Source: Eledone cirrhosa (taxonomy: Eukaryota). From it: 64,000 nucleotides of DNA. Made by a program: the position numbers and the translations under genes. The stretch covers positions 32,426,001 to 32,490,000 of the forward strand of contig OZ024748.1 of assembly GCA_964016885.1 (NCBI GenBank). Direction: 5' to 3'. Shown one piece after another: positions 59,901 through 64,000 of the stretch (positions are counted from its first letter, which is position 1; each line of letters begins with the position of its first letter). Under the pieces are notes generated by a model. It saw only the letters and a list, made by a program, of their open reading frames with translations, was not told the origin of the DNA and made no database searches.

Positions 59901-62900
59901 ACACTGCTAAAAGTAATACTATACTTCTAAACTAGTTATATACTACATGCTGCTAAAAGTAATACTATACTTCTAAACTGGTTATATACTACATGCTGCT
60001 AAAAGTAATACTATACTTCTAAACTGCTTATATACTACATGCTTCTAAAAGTAAAATAATACTTCTAAACTGGTTATATATTACACATTGCTAAAAGTAA
60101 TACTATACTTCTAAACTGGTTATATATTACAAACTGCTAAAAGTAATACTACACTTCTAAACTGGTTATATATTAGACACTGCCAAAAGTAATACTATAC
60201 TTCTTAACTGGCTATATATTACACAATACTAAAAGTAATACTATACTTCTAAACTGGTTATATATTACACACTGCTAAAAGTAATACTATACTTCTAAAC
60301 TGCTTATATACTACATGCTTCTAAAAGTAATATAATACTTCTAAACTGGTTATATATTACACACTGTTAAAAGTAATACTATACTTCTAAACTGGTTATA
60401 TATTACACACTGCTAAAAGTAATATTATACTTCTAAACTAGTTATATATTACACACTGCTAAAACTAATACTATACTCATAAACTGGTTATATATTACAC
60501 AGTGCTAAAAGTAATTCTATACCTCTAAACTAGTTATATAATACATGCTGCTAAATGTAATACTATAACTCTAAACTGGTTATATATTACACACTGCTAA
60601 AAGTAATACTACACTTCTAAACAGGTTGCATATTACACACTGCTAAAAGACATACTATACTTCTAAACTGGATATATATTACATGCTGCTAAAAGTAATA
60701 CTATACTTCTAAACTGGTTATATATTACACACTACTAAAAGTAATACTATACTTCTAAACTGGTTATATGTTACACACTGCTAAAAGTAGTACTATAATT
60801 CTAAACTTGTTATATACTACACACTGCTAAAAGTGATGCTATACTTCTAAACTGGTTATATATTACACACTGCTAAAAGTAATGCTATACCTCTAAACTG
60901 GTTATATATTACATGCTGCTAAAAGTAATACTGTATTTCTAAACTTGTTATATATTACACACTGCTAAAACCAATACAATACTTCTAAACTAGTTATATA
61001 TTACACACTGCTAAAAGTAACACTATACCTCTAAACTGGTTGTATATTACATGCTGCTAAAAGTAATACTATACTTCCAAACTGGTTATATATTACACAC
61101 TGCTAAAAGTAATACTATACTTCTAAACTGCTTATATACTACATGCTTCTAAAAGTAAAATAATACTTCTAAATTGGTTATATATTACACACTGCTAAAA
61201 GTAATACTATACTTCTAAACTGGTTATATATTACACACTGCTAAAAGTAATACTATACTTCTAAACTGGTTATATACTACATGCTTCTAAAAGTAAAATA
61301 ATACTTCTAAACTGGTTATATGTTACACACTGTTAAAAGAAATAATATACCTCTAAACTGGTTATATATTAGATGCTGCTAAAAGTAATACTATACTTCT
61401 AAACTGGTTATATGTTACGCACTGCTAAAAGTAATACTATACTTCTAAATTAGGTATATATTACACACTGCTAAAAGTAATAGTATACCTCTAACCTGGT
61501 TATATATTACACACTTCTAAAAGTAATACTATACTTCTAGACAGGTTATATATTACATACTGCTAAACGTAATACTATACTTCTAAATTAGGTATATATT
61601 ACACACTGCTAAAAGTAATACTATACTTCTAAACTGCTTATATATTACAAACTACTAAAAGTAATACTATACTTCTAAACTGGTTATATATTACACACTG
61701 CTAAAAGTAACACTATACTACTAAACTGGTTATATATTACACACTGCTAAAAGTAACACTATACTACTAAACTGGTTGTATATTACATGCTGCTAAAAGT
61801 AATATTATACTTCTAAACTGGTTATATATTACACATTTCTAAAAGTAATACTATACTTCTAGACAGGTTATATATTACACACTGCTAAATGTAATACTAT
61901 ACTTCTCTAACTGGTTATATATAACACACTGCTAAAAGTAATACTATACTTCTAAACTGGTTATATATTACACACTGCTAAAAGTAATACTAGACCTCTT
62001 AACTGGTTATATATTACACACTGCTAAAAGTAATACTATACCTCTTAACTGGTTATATATTAGATGCTGCTAAAAGTAATACTATACTTCTAAATTAGGT
62101 ATATATTACACACTGCTAAAAGTAATACTATACTTCTAAACTGCTTATATATTACACACTGCTAAAGGTAATACTATCCTTCTAAACTGGTTATATATTA
62201 CACACTGTTAAAAGTAATACTATACTTCTAAACTGGTTATATATTACACACTGTTAAAACTAATACTATACTTCTATACTGGTTATATATTACATGCTGC
62301 TAAAAGTGATACTATACTTCTAAACTGGTTATATACTACACGCTTCTAAAAGTAATACTATAGTTCTAAACTGGTTATATATTACACACTGCTAAAAGTA
62401 ATACTATACTTCTAAACTGGTTATATATTACACTCTGCTAAAGGTAATACTATACTTCTAAACTGGTTATATATTACACACTGTTAAAAGTAATACCATA
62501 CTTCTAAACTGGTTATATATTAGACACTGTTAAAAGTAATACTATACTTCTAAACTGGTTATATGTTACACACTGATAAAAGTAATACTATACTTCTAAA
62601 TAATGTATATATTACACACTGCTAAAAGTAATATTATACTTCTAAACAGGTTATATATTACACACTGCTAAACGTAATACTTTAACTGTAAACCGGTTAT
62701 ATATTACACACCGCTAAAAGTAATACTATACTTCTAAACTGGTTATATGTTACACACTGCTAAAAGTAATACTATACTTCGAAACTGGTTATATATTACA
62801 CACTGCTAAAAGTGACACTATACTTCTAAACTAGTTATATACGACATGCTGCTAAAAGTAATACTATACTTCTAAACTGGTTATATACTACACGCTGCTA

Positions 62901-63770
62901 AATGTAATACTATACTTCTTAACTGGTTATATATTACACACTGCTACAAGTAATACTATACTTCTGAAATGCTTATATATTACACACTGCTAAAGGTAAT
63001 ACTATACTTCTAAACTGGTTATATATTAGACACTGTTAAAAGCAATACTATACTTCTAAACAGATTATATATAACATGCCGCTAAAAGTAATAAATTACT
63101 TCTAAACTGGTCATATATTACACACTGATAAAAGTAATACTATACTTCTAAATTAGGTATATATTACACACTGCTAAAAGTACTATTATACTTCTAAACA
63201 GGTTATATATTACACACTGCTAAACGTAATACTTTAATTCTAAACCGGTTATATATTACACACTGCTAAAAGTAATACTATACTTCTAAACTGGTTATAT
63301 ATTACACACTGCTAAAAGTAATACTATACTTCGAAACTGGTTATATATTACACACTGCTAAAAGTAATACTATACTTCTATACTGGTTATATATTACATG
63401 CTGCTAAAAGTGATACTTTACTTCTAAACTGGTTATAATCTACATGCTTCTAAAAGTAATAATATAGTTCTAAACTGGTTATATATTACACACTGCTAAA
63501 AGTAATACTATGCTTCTCAACTGGTTATATATTACACACTGTTAAAAGTAATATTATACTTCTAAACTAGTTATATATTACACACTGCTAACAGTAATAC
63601 TATACTCATAAACTGGTTATATATTACACAGTGCTAAAAGTAATTCTATACCTCTAAACTAGTTATATAATACATGCTGCTAAATGTAATACTATAACTC
63701 TAAACTGGTTATATATTACACACTGCTAAAAGTAATACTATACCTCTAAACTAGTTATATATTACACACT
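56940..63770. repeat. Block of about 2.1 kb duplicated at a 102-monomer offset (4693 bp): about 56940-59080 and 61630-63770
   Basis: TCTCTAACTG at 57211/61904 and TTCTAAATAATG at 57901/62594; CTATCCTT, ACTGTAAACCGG and CTCATAAA are shared. Confidence 0.88.
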
Positions 63771-64000
63771 GCTAAAAGACATAGTATACTTCTAAACTGG
63801 ATATATATTACATGCTGCTAAAAGTAATACTATACTTCTAAACTGGTTATATACTACATGTTTCTAAAAGTAATACTGTATTTCTAAACTTGTTATATAT
63901 TACACACTGCTAAAACCAATACAATACTTCTAAACTAGTTATATGTTACACACTGCTAAAAGTAATACTATAATTCTAAACTTGTTATATATTACACACT

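Larger units (their letters stand above)
1..64000. repeat. 46-bp AT-rich tandem satellite array (about 1,390 units, head-to-tail, extends beyond both window edges)
   Basis: The unit ATATTACACACTGCTAAAAGTAATACTATACTTCTAAACTGGTTAT starts at 1, 47, 93 and so on, with the last start at 63989. Most copies differ from the consensus by 0-4 substitutions. The consensus has 12/46 G+C. No unique sequence or orientation switch was seen. Confidence 0.99.

Noticed and set aside
1-64000. CRISPR array
   Set aside because: All 46 positions are repeated, so there are no unique spacers, and there is no leader or cas gene.
1-64000. Repetitive protein-coding ORF
   Set aside because: The unit length is not a multiple of 3. 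Each consensus monomer has three TAA on the + strand (positions 15, 21, 35) and five TAA/TAG on the - strand, so every frame closes within about two monomers.
1-64000. Telomeric repeat or a known named satellite (alpha satellite, CENP-B box, Plasmodium rep20)
   Set aside because: There is no G-rich telomeric motif, no CENP-B box and no resemblance in length or sequence that I can recognise.
1-64000. Rolling-circle or MDA concatemer, or other sequencing artefact
   Set aside because: Variants recur in ordered, nested, heritable patterns over tens of kb, unlike random read errors on one template. Individual block copies could still be misassembled.
1-64000. Promoter elements (TATA or -10-like TATACT, TATATA), iterons or operator arrays
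   Set aside because: These motifs are expected in a 74% AT repeat, and there is no adjacent gene or replication protein to support a function.
1-64000. Tandem tRNA, 5S, snRNA or small-RNA gene cluster
   Set aside because: The unit is too short and AT-rich, with no cloverleaf, A/B boxes or recognisable RNA motif. Transcription cannot be judged from sequence alone.
1-64000. Variant pattern as an information-encoding or programmed diversification system
   Set aside because: The pattern is explained by point mutation plus block duplication, and no enzyme gene, template or target region is present.

Overview
The whole 64-kb window is one uninterrupted, single-orientation tandem satellite array. 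The monomer is 46 bp with about 26% GC; consensus ATATTACACACTGCTAAAAGTAATACTATACTTCTAAACTGGTTAT. Hand bookkeeping of the repeat phase gives 1383 full-length (45-47 bp) monomers, 13 truncated units (26 or 34 bp) and a 12-bp partial unit at the end. The indels I found account exactly for the phase shift from the first to the last monomer. I see no ORFs, RNA genes, transposon insertions, inversions or CRISPR spacers. It looks like eukaryotic heterochromatic satellite or macrosatellite DNA; I do not recognise the family or the host. No gene-based novel system can be supported. What is interesting is structural. (1) There is a nested, non-uniform higher-order organisation, with block duplications of about 6 to 161 monomers. 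(2) The monomer is itself a diverged 26+20 bp dimer. (3) A 26-bp daughter repeat arose by microhomology deletion, and its ancestral allele is still present. (4) A 440-bp segment looks like a template-switch mosaic. (5) One monomer site shows all four CG/CA/TG/TA states, as expected from methyl-CpG decay. (6) The variant spectrum changes near 45.3 kb. Block offsets are exact, read from marker variants; block boundaries are approximate (a few monomers).
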